A stretch of 64,000 bases of DNA, taken from the IMG/VR virus record IMGVR_UViG_3300025011_000036. The stretch is one strand, 5' to 3'. The notes beneath the pieces are model-generated. The model was not told where the DNA came from. It was given only the letters and a program-made list of their open reading frames with translations, and made no database searches. This document shows, piece after piece, positions 40,138-49,609 of this stretch (positions within the stretch are counted from its first letter, which is position 1; every line of letters starts with the position of its first letter). The DNA is from an uncultured virus (IMG/VR IMGVR_UViG_3300025011_000036) (lineage: Duplodnaviria > Heunggongvirae > Uroviricota > Caudoviricetes). The translations under genes and the position numbers were made by a program.

Positions 40138-40533
40138 TTAAACATATTCCCCACCCATTCGACCATTCGTCGCTTTAGACATGTACACGGTACCGCATTC
40201 CAAACAAGTTAAGCTGATTATGTCGTAGTCCTTGCCGTGGTTCTCCTTCTCGGTGCGTAAGTATCGAGCCTCCTTTGTCCCAGATCCGCATCCTGGGCAC
40301 TTGTTGGTCACTCTTGCCCCTTCGATCGAGATAATGGGTAGATCCTTATAGTACTGAATAATTCTGACTGAATAATCGAAGATAGGCATCCTATGAATAT
40401 TGGGATACTTATTGATAATTTGGGCTATCCAGCGCATTAAATTGTTCCGACTACATTTACCATGGGCGTATAGATTGATGAGCTTGTGGACGTGTTCACG
40501 GTCCTCTAAGGTGGGAAATTTTATTGCTAGCAT
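40138..40533 (-). CDS. Zinc-finger hypothetical protein
   Basis: AAGGGAGTG SD; CPGC...CLEC. Confidence 0.6.
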   Translation of the reverse strand: MLAIKFPTLEDREHVHKLINLYAHGKCSRNNLMRWIAQIINKYPNIHRMPIFDYSVRIIQYYKDLPIISIEGARVTNKCPGCGSGTKEARYLRTEKENHGKDYDIISLTCLECGTVYMSKATNGRMGGEYV

Positions 40534-40628
40534 GTGTTCACTCCCCTTTTTTGTCTGATGATAAGGTATATGACCATTTGGGTATAATATGACTAATCGG
40601 TCATTAATTGAGTAAAAAAATATAGCCC

Positions 40629-40817
40629 TTAATCGGGCCATAAGTAATCGACAGTTTCCTCAAGTGCTTTCGCTATTCGCTTTGCAACAAAAAGAGAAAG
40701 ATTTGGTTTTAAATCATTTTCTATTAAACTGATGTGTCGTTGGTTTACTTTTGACAATTTCGAAAGATCATTTTGAGTCAGACCTCTTTTAAGTCTAACC
40801 TCCCGGACTCTATTCAT
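40629..40817 (-). CDS. XRE-family HTH regulator
   Basis: 'RLKRGLTQNDLSKLSKVNQRHISLIEN...IAKALEETVDYL'. Confidence 0.8.
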   Translation of the reverse strand: MNRVREVRLKRGLTQNDLSKLSKVNQRHISLIENDLKPNLSLFVAKRIAKALEETVDYLWPD

Positions 40818-40892
40818 ATTCATCACCACAGGAAATATATTCCACATAGAGGGGTAATACCCTGCTTGCATAAAAAATATTGCCATCAAGTT

Positions 40893-40942
40893 TGTTGTAC
40901 TAATTAATCACTACCAACGGGAAGTGGAGAACTAGTACAACA
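40893..40942. other. Putative attP of the serine integrase
   Basis: 50-bp imperfect inverted repeat TGTTGTACTA...CACT..AGTG...TAGTACAACA directly after the integrase stop. Confidence 0.65.
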
Positions 40943-40944
40943 TA

Positions 40945-42277
40945 TTAAATAAAAAAAATATCAAAATGCTTTTCATTGTCGATCTTAATTTCTTTTATTA
41001 TTCCTCTCCATAGAGTTCTCTTTTCTGTTTTTTTCAAAGTAATATAAATACTCCTGAAATCACTCTGAAGGAAATCCCTAAGTCCCTGTACATCAATTTT
41101 TTCAGATGGAGTCTCGTTATTCTTTAGTTGATCAGTGTACATATCGAAATCCTTTTTATACTCATCAATGTCAATGAGATTGTTTATATAAAGCTCCTTT
41201 AGCCTAGTTAGTTTATTTTTTATTACAGATTTATTAACCTTAGGTTTCTTTTGTTGCTCAACTTTGATTTCATAGTCAACGATATACGAATTTATTTCTT
41301 CTTCAATGTGATTGATTAAATATTCTTCAACGTAGTTCTCGCTAACGGCATATTTACGAGTACACAAACGTCTTTGAACATATTGATAACAACGATAATA
41401 TTGATATTCTTTATATCCATTATGTGTCATCGCTCCGGATAATCGGCTACCGCATTCAGTACAGGTAAGTAAACCGGAAAAGATATAAATTCTGTCGGTT
41501 TGATTTCTACGATAAGTCTTTCTTTTTAATATTTCTTGAACATTATCAAACTGCTTAATTGAAATAAGTGGCTCACAAAAATCTTTAACGTTTTGGAATT
41601 CTCCTTTGTATAGTGAGTTAGAAAGTACCCTTACAACGGAAGAGTAAGATAAATTAACGTCATATTTATCTCGTATATAGGTGATAGTACCCCTTCGGCT
41701 TTGGTTTAGCTCAAAATGATTAAATATTTCTATAACTAACCAAGTATTATCATTGTCATGCACCACATGTTTTTTCTCGATCTTCAGTCCAATTGGGATA
41801 GAACCGGTAATAGCTTCTTTTCGTTTTACTTTATTTTCGAAAACAAATTTGATGCGTTCGCTTGTTCTGTCAGATTCATCTTGAGCCACTGATAGCATGA
41901 TATTAATATGTAGCCTACCACTGGCCGTTGTGGTGTCGTAATTCTCAAGGATAGCCCTCCATCCCACGTTATGCTTATCTAATGTTTCTTGGATTTTATA
42001 ATAATCCTTAACACTTCTAAACCAACGATCCATTTTCAGGAAAATGATCAAGTCAAGTTTTCCGGCCATAACATCGTCTATCATCCTCATAAATTCTTTA
42101 CGGCTACTGTACGCCTTCCTGGCCGTTTGTCCTTCATCTACATATGTATCTACTATTAACATGTCATGCTCTTGCGCATACTTCGTGAGAGCTTCTTTTT
42201 GTGACTGGATGGAATATCCGTGATGAGCCTGTTCCAATGTGCTGTCAAACCCGAATGTATATAGCTACTCGCATCAT
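40945..42277 (-). CDS. Large serine recombinase (integrase), interrupted by 4-nt TGAC insert at the catalytic motif
   Basis: MMRVAIYIRV*; after 4 nt, STLEQAHHGYSIQSQ. Resolvase 'KMDRWFR', recombinase domain, Zn ribbon 'CTECG..YYRC' and coiled coil are intact. Confidence 0.9.
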
Positions 42278-42930
42278 TCAGTGATCATCCCCTTTTTTAT
42301 TCTATGGTGCTCCATTGCATGTTCTCTATGCGACTGGAACAACCTCAAATTTTCTATTTCATTATTTACTTTGTCTTCATCAATATGATGGACAATTTCA
42401 TTATCAGTTAAGTATCTCCCAAGTAATTCCTCCATAACTAGCCTATGCTGGTAAACGTAACCACGATTATCACAATGAGGGTGACTGGGCATTTTAATTT
42501 CTACATAGCCATTTCCCTTAATATGTTTACCTCCTTTCCAGTTTCCGCTATTTTCACCTTTTCTACCGTGTGAAGCCTTTTCTGCCTCTGGCATTACTCT
42601 TCCCTTAGACCAATGGCACCCCCTGGTTTTAATTGTTGCTTTTAGCCTTTCACTTTGTTCTCTCTTGTATTCATCAGTGAATCTCAGGCCATACATCCCA
42701 TTCTTTTCCCCTGATCTGTCATAAATCTTTAACGCTTCTTCCAGACTGCGCGTTTCGATATTATATTTTTTTAAATGACTATGAATGGTCATGGCGGTCA
42801 CATTAAGTAATTTTGCAATATTCGTACATCCTAATTTTTCGTTTGTGTAAAAATTGTTCAAGGTTTCCTTTAGATCTCTTCCTTCGTCCATAAACCTAAT
42901 TTCTAATTTTGATACAGCCATAATATACAT
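42274..42930 (-). CDS. HNH homing endonuclease (NUMOD3-like + HNH_3)
   Basis: 'GEKNGMYG', 'NWKGG', 'YVYQHRLVME..LGRYL...EIVHHIDEDKVNN.IENL'. Confidence 0.88.
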   Translation of the reverse strand: MYIMAVSKLEIRFMDEGRDLKETLNNFYTNEKLGCTNIAKLLNVTAMTIHSHLKKYNIETRSLEEALKIYDRSGEKNGMYGLRFTDEYKREQSERLKATIKTRGCHWSKGRVMPEAEKASHGRKGENSGNWKGGKHIKGNGYVEIKMPSHPHCDNRGYVYQHRLVMEELLGRYLTDNEIVHHIDEDKVNNEIENLRLFQSHREHAMEHHRIKKGMITE

Positions 42931-42981
42931 CCCTTTTGGTTCACACTCTAATATATATTAGAGCATTTTATGATTATATAA

Positions 42982-43020
42982 TCAAGTGCTTACCCGAATG
43001 TAGACGGCTGTTCTAATCAT
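42982..43020 (-). pseudogene. Orphan 5' fragment of the integrase: MIRTAVYIRVST*
   Basis: Strong AAGGAG SD; encodes the canonical YxRVST motif, then TGA. Confidence 0.8.
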
Positions 43021-43062
43021 AAAAAATCTCCTTACCTAAATTTTATGTAAATGACATTACCG

Positions 43063-43485
43063 CTACGCTCTTTTAGCCTGGCTGACGTACTCTTCTCTTG
43101 CAGCAGCCTCTTCGTCTAATTTAAGCTCGACAATGCCTAGTACCTTCATTTGGTTGTCGTGGGATAGTTTACGCCATGAAGTGATTAGTTTTTGTTCGTC
43201 GTTGGATAGCTCAATAGATGGGCTTTCATGCACACAACTTTTTTCAGCTCCTAAAAGCCATGCGATATCAACGTCGAGTGCATCTGCGAATTCGTTTAAC
43301 TTAGACGTTGTAGCGTCTTCCACTTTCCCGGATTCGTACTTAGATACGCTTCCCTCGGAAAGATTAACCTTTAGTCCTAGTTGTTTCTGGGTTAGAGATA
43401 GGATCTTTCGCCTTGACCTTATCCTACTACCTATTTTTACATAATTTAGAAGAACCATTCCATTACCCCCATTTCTTAGCAACAT
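43063..43485 (-). CDS. CI-like repressor (XRE HTH); start may be 43458
   Basis: 'LTQKQLG..VNLSEGSVSKYESG...FADALDVDIAWLLG'; divergent from cro. Confidence 0.85.
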   Translation of the reverse strand: MLLRNGGNGMVLLNYVKIGSRIRSRRKILSLTQKQLGLKVNLSEGSVSKYESGKVEDATTSKLNEFADALDVDIAWLLGAEKSCVHESPSIELSNDEQKLITSWRKLSHDNQMKVLGIVELKLDEEAAAREEYVSQAKRA

Positions 43486-43628
43486 AATACAATAAATTTT
43501 CGTCTAAATCAATATTATTATGAAAAATCCTGTAAATATTTCGTTTGGCTATTGATTTTTAAATACTCAAATGATATATTTACTTTAGAAACTTTCGTTG
43601 AAAGAAAGTGCAAAAAGGGGGGAACGAA

Positions 43629-43877
43629 GTGATTTATCACAAGAAAGAGTTTGAGAAAAAGTTAATAGACAAAGACCTTAATCGTAAGAAATTGGCTGAA
43701 AAACTCGGGATAACTGCGAACACTTTACATTCAAAAATTGAAGACACGGGGTCAGAGTTTAAGCTTTCTCATGCTCAAAAGATTGCCGATATCTTAGACA
43801 TGACGACATCTGAATTCCTGTTAATTTTTTTTAACAAAAAACTTTCTCCTGACGAAAGTTTGACGAAGGTCAGCTAG
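43629..43877 (+). CDS. Cro-like HTH protein
   Basis: 'LAEKLGITANTLHSKI...EFKLS...IADIL'; divergent from CI. Confidence 0.75.
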   Translation: MIYHKKEFEKKLIDKDLNRKKLAEKLGITANTLHSKIEDTGSEFKLSHAQKIADILDMTTSEFLLIFFNKKLSPDESLTKVS

Positions 43878-43891
43878 AGGGGGCATATGTC

Positions 43892-44677
43892 TTGGTAATT
43901 ACATCAAAGCTAGTTCAGGGTGGAAAATTCAGGGTATTAGAAAGCGGAGTTATATACAAAATTAAAGACGGCAAGGAAACATTGGCGAACATTGTTATGA
44001 CCACTAGGCTTAAAAAATATGGGATTGTAAGTTTTACCGAAAATTCCAAGCAGAAACATTATTATGTCCATAGATTAGTTGCCGAAGCATTTTGCGAAAA
44101 CCCAAACAACTATCAACAGGTTAACCATTTAGACGGGAACACGCTAAACAATATTCCAAGTAATTTGGAATGGTGTACCCCAAGTCAAAATATTATCCAT
44201 GCATACAAAACCGGATTAATAGACCGAATCAAATATACCGAACCATGCCAAGTATGTGGTCAGCCAACTCACTCAAAGGATGGAGTGTGTTCAATATGTA
44301 ATCGAGAGATGTTGAGTCAAGCACATACAGACGGTGCTTTGTCAGAGTTAAGAGAAAGGCTATCGATTATAAATCCAGAGTCACTGAACCAAAGACAAGC
44401 TGAAATCTTATCACTTAGACTAGAAGGTAAGACGCTTCAAGAAATAGGCGATAAATTCAAAATGACCAGGCAAGGTGTGGATCAAATCATAGGGGGCTTG
44501 CTAGTAAGAAGTATCTCTCCGATTAAAAAAAATCACTTAATTGGGAAAGAGCGTAAAAGACTGTTAGCAAAGATATCAAAGAAAGAGGGCAAGGTTAAGG
44601 CGGCACTCGACATGGTTGAGGAATTAAAAAGGGAAATAAGATCACTTAAGGGATTACTAGCTGAATTTCCGGGATAA
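43892..44677 (+). CDS. HNH endonuclease with C-terminal sigma70-region-4-like HTH
   Basis: 'YVHRLVAEAF...VNHLDGNTLNN..SNLEWCTPSQN' + 'KTLQEIGDKFKMTRQGVDQI'. Confidence 0.85.
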   Translation: MVITSKLVQGGKFRVLESGVIYKIKDGKETLANIVMTTRLKKYGIVSFTENSKQKHYYVHRLVAEAFCENPNNYQQVNHLDGNTLNNIPSNLEWCTPSQNIIHAYKTGLIDRIKYTEPCQVCGQPTHSKDGVCSICNREMLSQAHTDGALSELRERLSIINPESLNQRQAEILSLRLEGKTLQEIGDKFKMTRQGVDQIIGGLLVRSISPIKKNHLIGKERKRLLAKISKKEGKVKAALDMVEELKREIRSLKGLLAEFPG

Positions 44678-44772
44678 AGAATGTCTCAGGGGATGATGTT
44701 GAGAGAATTTGTATTGCGCTGAAAGTACCAGCAGACGAATTCATTAAGCCGGAATTAGTAGAGATTAGATAG
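44665..44772 (+). pseudogene. Orphan 3' fragment of an XRE/Cro gene
   Basis: Startless frame ISGIKNVSGDDVERICIALKVPADEFIKPELVEIR*. Confidence 0.55.
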
Positions 44773-44790
44773 TGGATAAGGAGAGGGCAA

Positions 44791-45435
44791 ATGAAAATTC
44801 GTACTGAAATATGGCTTGATCATGAAATTAGATTTGTGGAAATCAAGCCGAGAAATTGGTGGGCTGTTGCGGTTGATGTTTGTAAGGCTTTGGATTTGAA
44901 ACAGGTAACGAAAGCCCTAAAAGGTTTATCCTCCCCCGGGGTTACTACTAGTAAGGTAGGGGTGGAGACAGGAAAGAAAAAAGATGGTACACCTGCTATT
45001 CAAATAGTAGAACTAAATCTAATCGATACCAAAAATATTTATCGACTCGTTTTCAAAAGTCGCAAGAAAGAAGCTATCCAATTCCAGGATTGGGTATTTG
45101 ATATTATCGAAACACTCCGTAATGCGGCTGGCCTCGAAGGATTTCAAATATTCCGCACTCTTGACAAGGAGCACCAAATAAAAACCATGGATGTTCTGAA
45201 ACGAGGATTGAGTAACCCAGTAAGAGTTGACTACATCAAAGCAAATCAGATTGCCAACAAAGCCGTATCTAACATGTTTGGCTATCCGAAGATGGTTAAG
45301 AAGGACGAAATGACTCCCGAAATGCTCATACCTCGCCAGGAAGTTCTTGACGAAACCGTAAACCTAATGGCTGTCAAGGATAAATTCGGGCTGGATCTGT
45401 CGGTTAGTAAAACTGTTTACGAGAGGTATCACTAA
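44791..45435 (+). CDS. BRO-N domain antirepressor-like protein
   Basis: 'EIRFV...WWAVAVDVCKAL...IYRLVFKSRKKEAIQFQDWV'. Confidence 0.85.
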   Translation: MKIRTEIWLDHEIRFVEIKPRNWWAVAVDVCKALDLKQVTKALKGLSSPGVTTSKVGVETGKKKDGTPAIQIVELNLIDTKNIYRLVFKSRKKEAIQFQDWVFDIIETLRNAAGLEGFQIFRTLDKEHQIKTMDVLKRGLSNPVRVDYIKANQIANKAVSNMFGYPKMVKKDEMTPEMLIPRQEVLDETVNLMAVKDKFGLDLSVSKTVYERYH

Positions 45436-46829
45436 TGGTTGAGTTAAGTGGAGAAGTTCACTGCCAATGCTGTATGTGCCCCAAGGAGATATGGAAACCA
45501 TCCATTAAAAACTACCAAGGAGACGAGTGTGAACTCTACGACTCATTCAGTTCTCTTATTGAAGATGATATGACACCCGAAGAACTTACCGTCATAACCA
45601 TAACCGAATTGCCAAAAGAATACCCAGATATCGAGGACATAAATGCATTGACCAAAGAGCTAGTAGGAATAGCCATTGAATGTGGCTTTATTACACCCTA
45701 ACCAAATCTCATCTCAACTTAATTAATAAGGAGGAAAAACAAATGACAAACACTATCAACCCAAAAGAGACTGAACAAAAGGTGCAAGCTTCTGCTCAGT
45801 CAATGTGCATGATTTGCGGAAAAAAAGATCACGTAGAGGGTGCAAGATGCTGTAGCCATTGCGGTCAAAGTTTCATTAATCCACCTCAACAAAAGTGCGA
45901 ATGTGGCAGGTGGAAGCACAGTAGGAAAAATTACTGTTCAGACTGTGGAAATAAGAATTGGTGATTAGTTAGCTATGAGCAGCTATACTTCCCAATGTAT
46001 CCGGTTCCCTAAGATCGTCTTTCCCACAATTAGGGCAAAGCTTGGTGTCAATAGACACCTCAGAGCGACAATGATTACAGACTAACTTTTGGGCAGCCTC
46101 ACATGAGGTACAGAAGTTGGCTCCATCGTCTAACATAGTTTCACATTTTACACATTTCATTTAGGTTCACCACCTCTCTATATCTTGTCAACTTCGACGC
46201 GAGAGGGGAAAAGCCTGTAAAACTTTGCGAAAAAGCTGATATAGGGAGAAAGGAGGACGCATGAATATAAATATACTCTTTGAAACCTTAGCTAAAATTA
46301 TCGGGGAACGTGAAGGTATAGATATTACGGTGGTGTCGGTTTCTGCCAACAAGCCGGAAACAGGTGTAGGATTTGGATCCTTTAATCAGTAAGACGGTTC
46401 AGGGTAAGTATTTGAGTCAGGATGACAAGCTTATTAAAAGAAAGCGAGACACTAACATGCTAAAATCCATCCTCGAACAAACAACAGGCCCGCTAACCCC
46501 ATCCCAATTCGCTCACCTCATGGACCTAACCACGACTGACATCAGAGTAAACAACATTGGATTCAAGCGCAGGACGAGCATGGCATATGTTATCAGAGTG
46601 GCAGAGATTAGTTTTAGGATTTTAACTAGGTGGGAGGAGTAATTATGGATAAATATCGCGGAAAGTACAAGAAGTGCCGAACGTGTATACACTCTATCGA
46701 ACCTTTAATGGTAATGGTACTCGTAAGGGAATCGTGCCCAAATAAGCACAAGTTTTCGGGTGGGGATATGGTGGATAAGTACACATGCAAAAAGTGTGAA
46801 CATTTTGAAGAGAAAGAGGGAAGTTAAAT

Positions 46830-47387
46830 ATGTAAATTGGAGATTTTGTTAAAGGAAAGCCAAACAACGGATATGGCATCACGAACGAGGATATGACGAG
46901 GGGTGTTGTGGTTGAGATATTATCCGGTGATCGTATTAAAGTTAAAGTTATGGATCATGTAGATGGCGGAACTGGTATGTATGAGGTTAGTGCTGTCGGA
47001 TTCGAATTAATAGGCCACCAAAAGAAGTTTGACAGGCCAGAAGTCTTGGAACTACTTAAAAACGGATACAAGAAAGCAATATTGGATTACGACCTTAGCG
47101 ATGCAGACCTTAGCGATGCAGACCTTAGCGGTGCAGACCTTAGCGGTGCAGACCTTGATTTCTCTTGTTTGCCACTAAGATGCGGAGGACTTCGTTGGAA
47201 AATCGATAAACGTCTGGCTTGTCAATTAGCTTACCATCTCTGTTCTATGCAGTGTGACGATAAGGAATATTTGAAGATGCGGGATTCGGTTCTCGGTTTT
47301 GCGAACCAATTTCACAGGGTTAATGAGTGCGGAAGACTAAATAACCAAGATAAAGAAGAGTGCTTATTAAGGGAGGATATTAATTGA
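46830..47387 (+). CDS. Pentapeptide-repeat protein; codon 2 is TAA (possible nonsense lesion, alternative start 46893)
   Basis: ATG TAA ATT GGA GAT in frame with 46893; 15-nt repeats gaccttagcg(a/g)tgca at 47091-47150. Confidence 0.65.
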
Positions 47388-48790
47388 ATGCCTAAGTGTA
47401 AATATTGCGGAATCCAAATCCCAAATGGAAGAAAGTTAAGGAACCAACATGAACAGAATTGTGAAAGGAAAGTCAAGATTGAGGATTGGCAGAAAAGAGT
47501 AGCGGAAAGCGAAGGTAAAACCTTTTGGTATGTGGATACTAATAAGTTTGTTCTCAAGGCTTGCGTTCTAAGTAATCACTATAAAATGATTAAGTTTTTT
47601 ATAAATGGAGAATTAGACAAATGGTCACAAAGTGTATGCGAAAAAGATTTATTCAGTAGCGAATCGGGGGCTCAGACAAGACTAGATTATTTAAAGAACC
47701 TGTATCTAGGGACATTTAAGTATAAGCCGTATATGAGGGAAGAGATGCTCGTCGATCATCTAGGGGAACTGAAACACATTGAAAATGCAATAACCGAAAG
47801 ATTAGAAGGCTTCCCCAATTTTACAGGCATTGACTTCTGTAATGTTGGCGCACGAGGTATTCAGATACGTGGTCATCACCGACAAATTAAGGGTTACACA
47901 TATGGTTCCCAGCCCACGATAGAATATGACTTTTCTAATTACCTGGATACTGTGGATGAGTTCGTGGCAATGTGGGAAAAGAGCGATATTCCCGAAAGGA
48001 TACACAGAGAGCTAAGTATGATTGCTGAAGGCAAAAAATACGGGTGGGATTGAAGTAAATGAGTGATTCCGATTCACCATACGAAAGGAGCAAGCCTATT
48101 GCGTAAAGATCAAGCCAGAAGGCTAAAATTCCAAGAGGCTCAACGCATCCAATCGAAGTTTATTTCAAGTTTTAAGGATGTTCTGAAGCCGGTGCAGTTA
48201 ACTGAGGGTCAGTTGAGAGTCTTTACATCCAAACTTATTAAGTAGGGAGGATTCTTTATGGTTAAACAAGCAACCCAAACTTGTCTGTGCGGAAAAGAAG
48301 TCAACCTGCCTGACGGTGAAGTTAAGATAACCTGTTTGTGTTCTCGTGTTTGGGAAATTAGTACAGAAGGAGTACTGTTCACGAATCTGATGTTCCCATT
48401 TTGTCAGGGAGAATGTTCTAGGCGGGATAATGTTCCTATTGTGGCAAAGCGTGAGCGTCCAAGGAATAAGAGGAAGAGGAGGGCGTTGGAATGCTAAAGA
48501 AATTCGCCAAAGCCATCGGCTACCAAGCATCAAAAATAGGTTGGATCAATCGTGAAATACAAGCCTATAAGATCGAGCAGGAGAAGAAGTCTATCGAGGA
48601 ACGCATTAAGCGCAATAAGGCTGATTTCACCGAGTTAATGCGGTGTGGTAATACTGTTCGAGGAGAGGATAAGGATGATGGAAGGATGAAGGCTGTAGTG
48701 GTGGATTATGTTGGCAGGGGGAGAGTTGGGGAGCCGTTTAATCCGGTGTTTACTCGCGAGAACAGTATTTGCATGGGGAGAAAGGAATAA

Positions 48791-49609
48791 ATGCTAGTTG
48801 TAGCTTACGGAGCAGGTACAGACAGTACCGCAGAGCCAGTGGAAATGGTCAAGAGGGGTATTCTTCCAGACTTAATTCTCTTTGCTGATACAGGGGGGGA
48901 GAGGCCCGAAACCTATTGGTACATCGTTATGTTTTCATTGTGGTTAGTTGGATATGGATTCCCCCCGATTACGGTTGTTAAAAAGGTAGACCTTCATGGT
49001 GAAGTAATGACACTTGAAACAAATTGTCTTGAGCAAAACATGCTTCCATCACTAGCTTATGGATTCAAGTCGTGTTCACTAAAATTCAAAGCACAACCGC
49101 AGGATAAGTTTTGTAATCATCACCCATTGGCGATTGCAACGTGGAAAAGCGGAGAAAAGGTTATCAAAGCAATTGGTTATGAATTCGGAGAGGAACGCAG
49201 AGCTAAGGATTACGATGACAAAAAGTACAGTTTTTGGTATCCGCTTATTGAGTGGGAAATGGACAGGGATGCTTGCGTTAAAACCATAGCCGATGCAGGA
49301 TTACCGCAACCAGGTAAAAGCAGTTGTTTTTACTGCCCAAGTATGAAAAAGTCTGAGATTCTAGAACTAAGGGATTCGCATCCTGACTTGCTAAAAAGAG
49401 CACTAGACATGGAGTCCAACTCAGAGCTTACAACAATACCAGGATTGGGTAGAAGTTATGCCTGGTCAGAATTTATCAATTATACAGAGTACATGGAAAA
49501 TGAGAAAGCAAATGCTCGATGCGGTGAAAAAGCGTTGGGTAACGGTAATTATCAACCCGCAATGTTCGTCGATGTCGTAGACCAAGCGTGTGGATGTTAT
49601 GACGGATAA
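48791..49609 (+). CDS. PAPS-reductase-like adenine nucleotide alpha-hydrolase
   Basis: 'AYGAGTDSTA', 'LFADTGGERPETY', 'CSLKFK', 'YPLIEW', 'KSSCFYCP'. Confidence 0.8.
   Translation: MLVVAYGAGTDSTAEPVEMVKRGILPDLILFADTGGERPETYWYIVMFSLWLVGYGFPPITVVKKVDLHGEVMTLETNCLEQNMLPSLAYGFKSCSLKFKAQPQDKFCNHHPLAIATWKSGEKVIKAIGYEFGEERRAKDYDDKKYSFWYPLIEWEMDRDACVKTIADAGLPQPGKSSCFYCPSMKKSEILELRDSHPDLLKRALDMESNSELTTIPGLGRSYAWSEFINYTEYMENEKANARCGEKALGNGNYQPAMFVDVVDQACGCYDG

Noticed and set aside
42244..42990. Group I or II intron in the integrase
   Set aside because: The HNH ORF fills all but about 90 nt. No ribozyme core, U/omega-G splice pair or GUGYG start was seen.
47091..47150. 15-nt tandem repeat as a regulatory array
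   Set aside because: Explained by the coding pentapeptide repeat (DLSDA/DLSGA).
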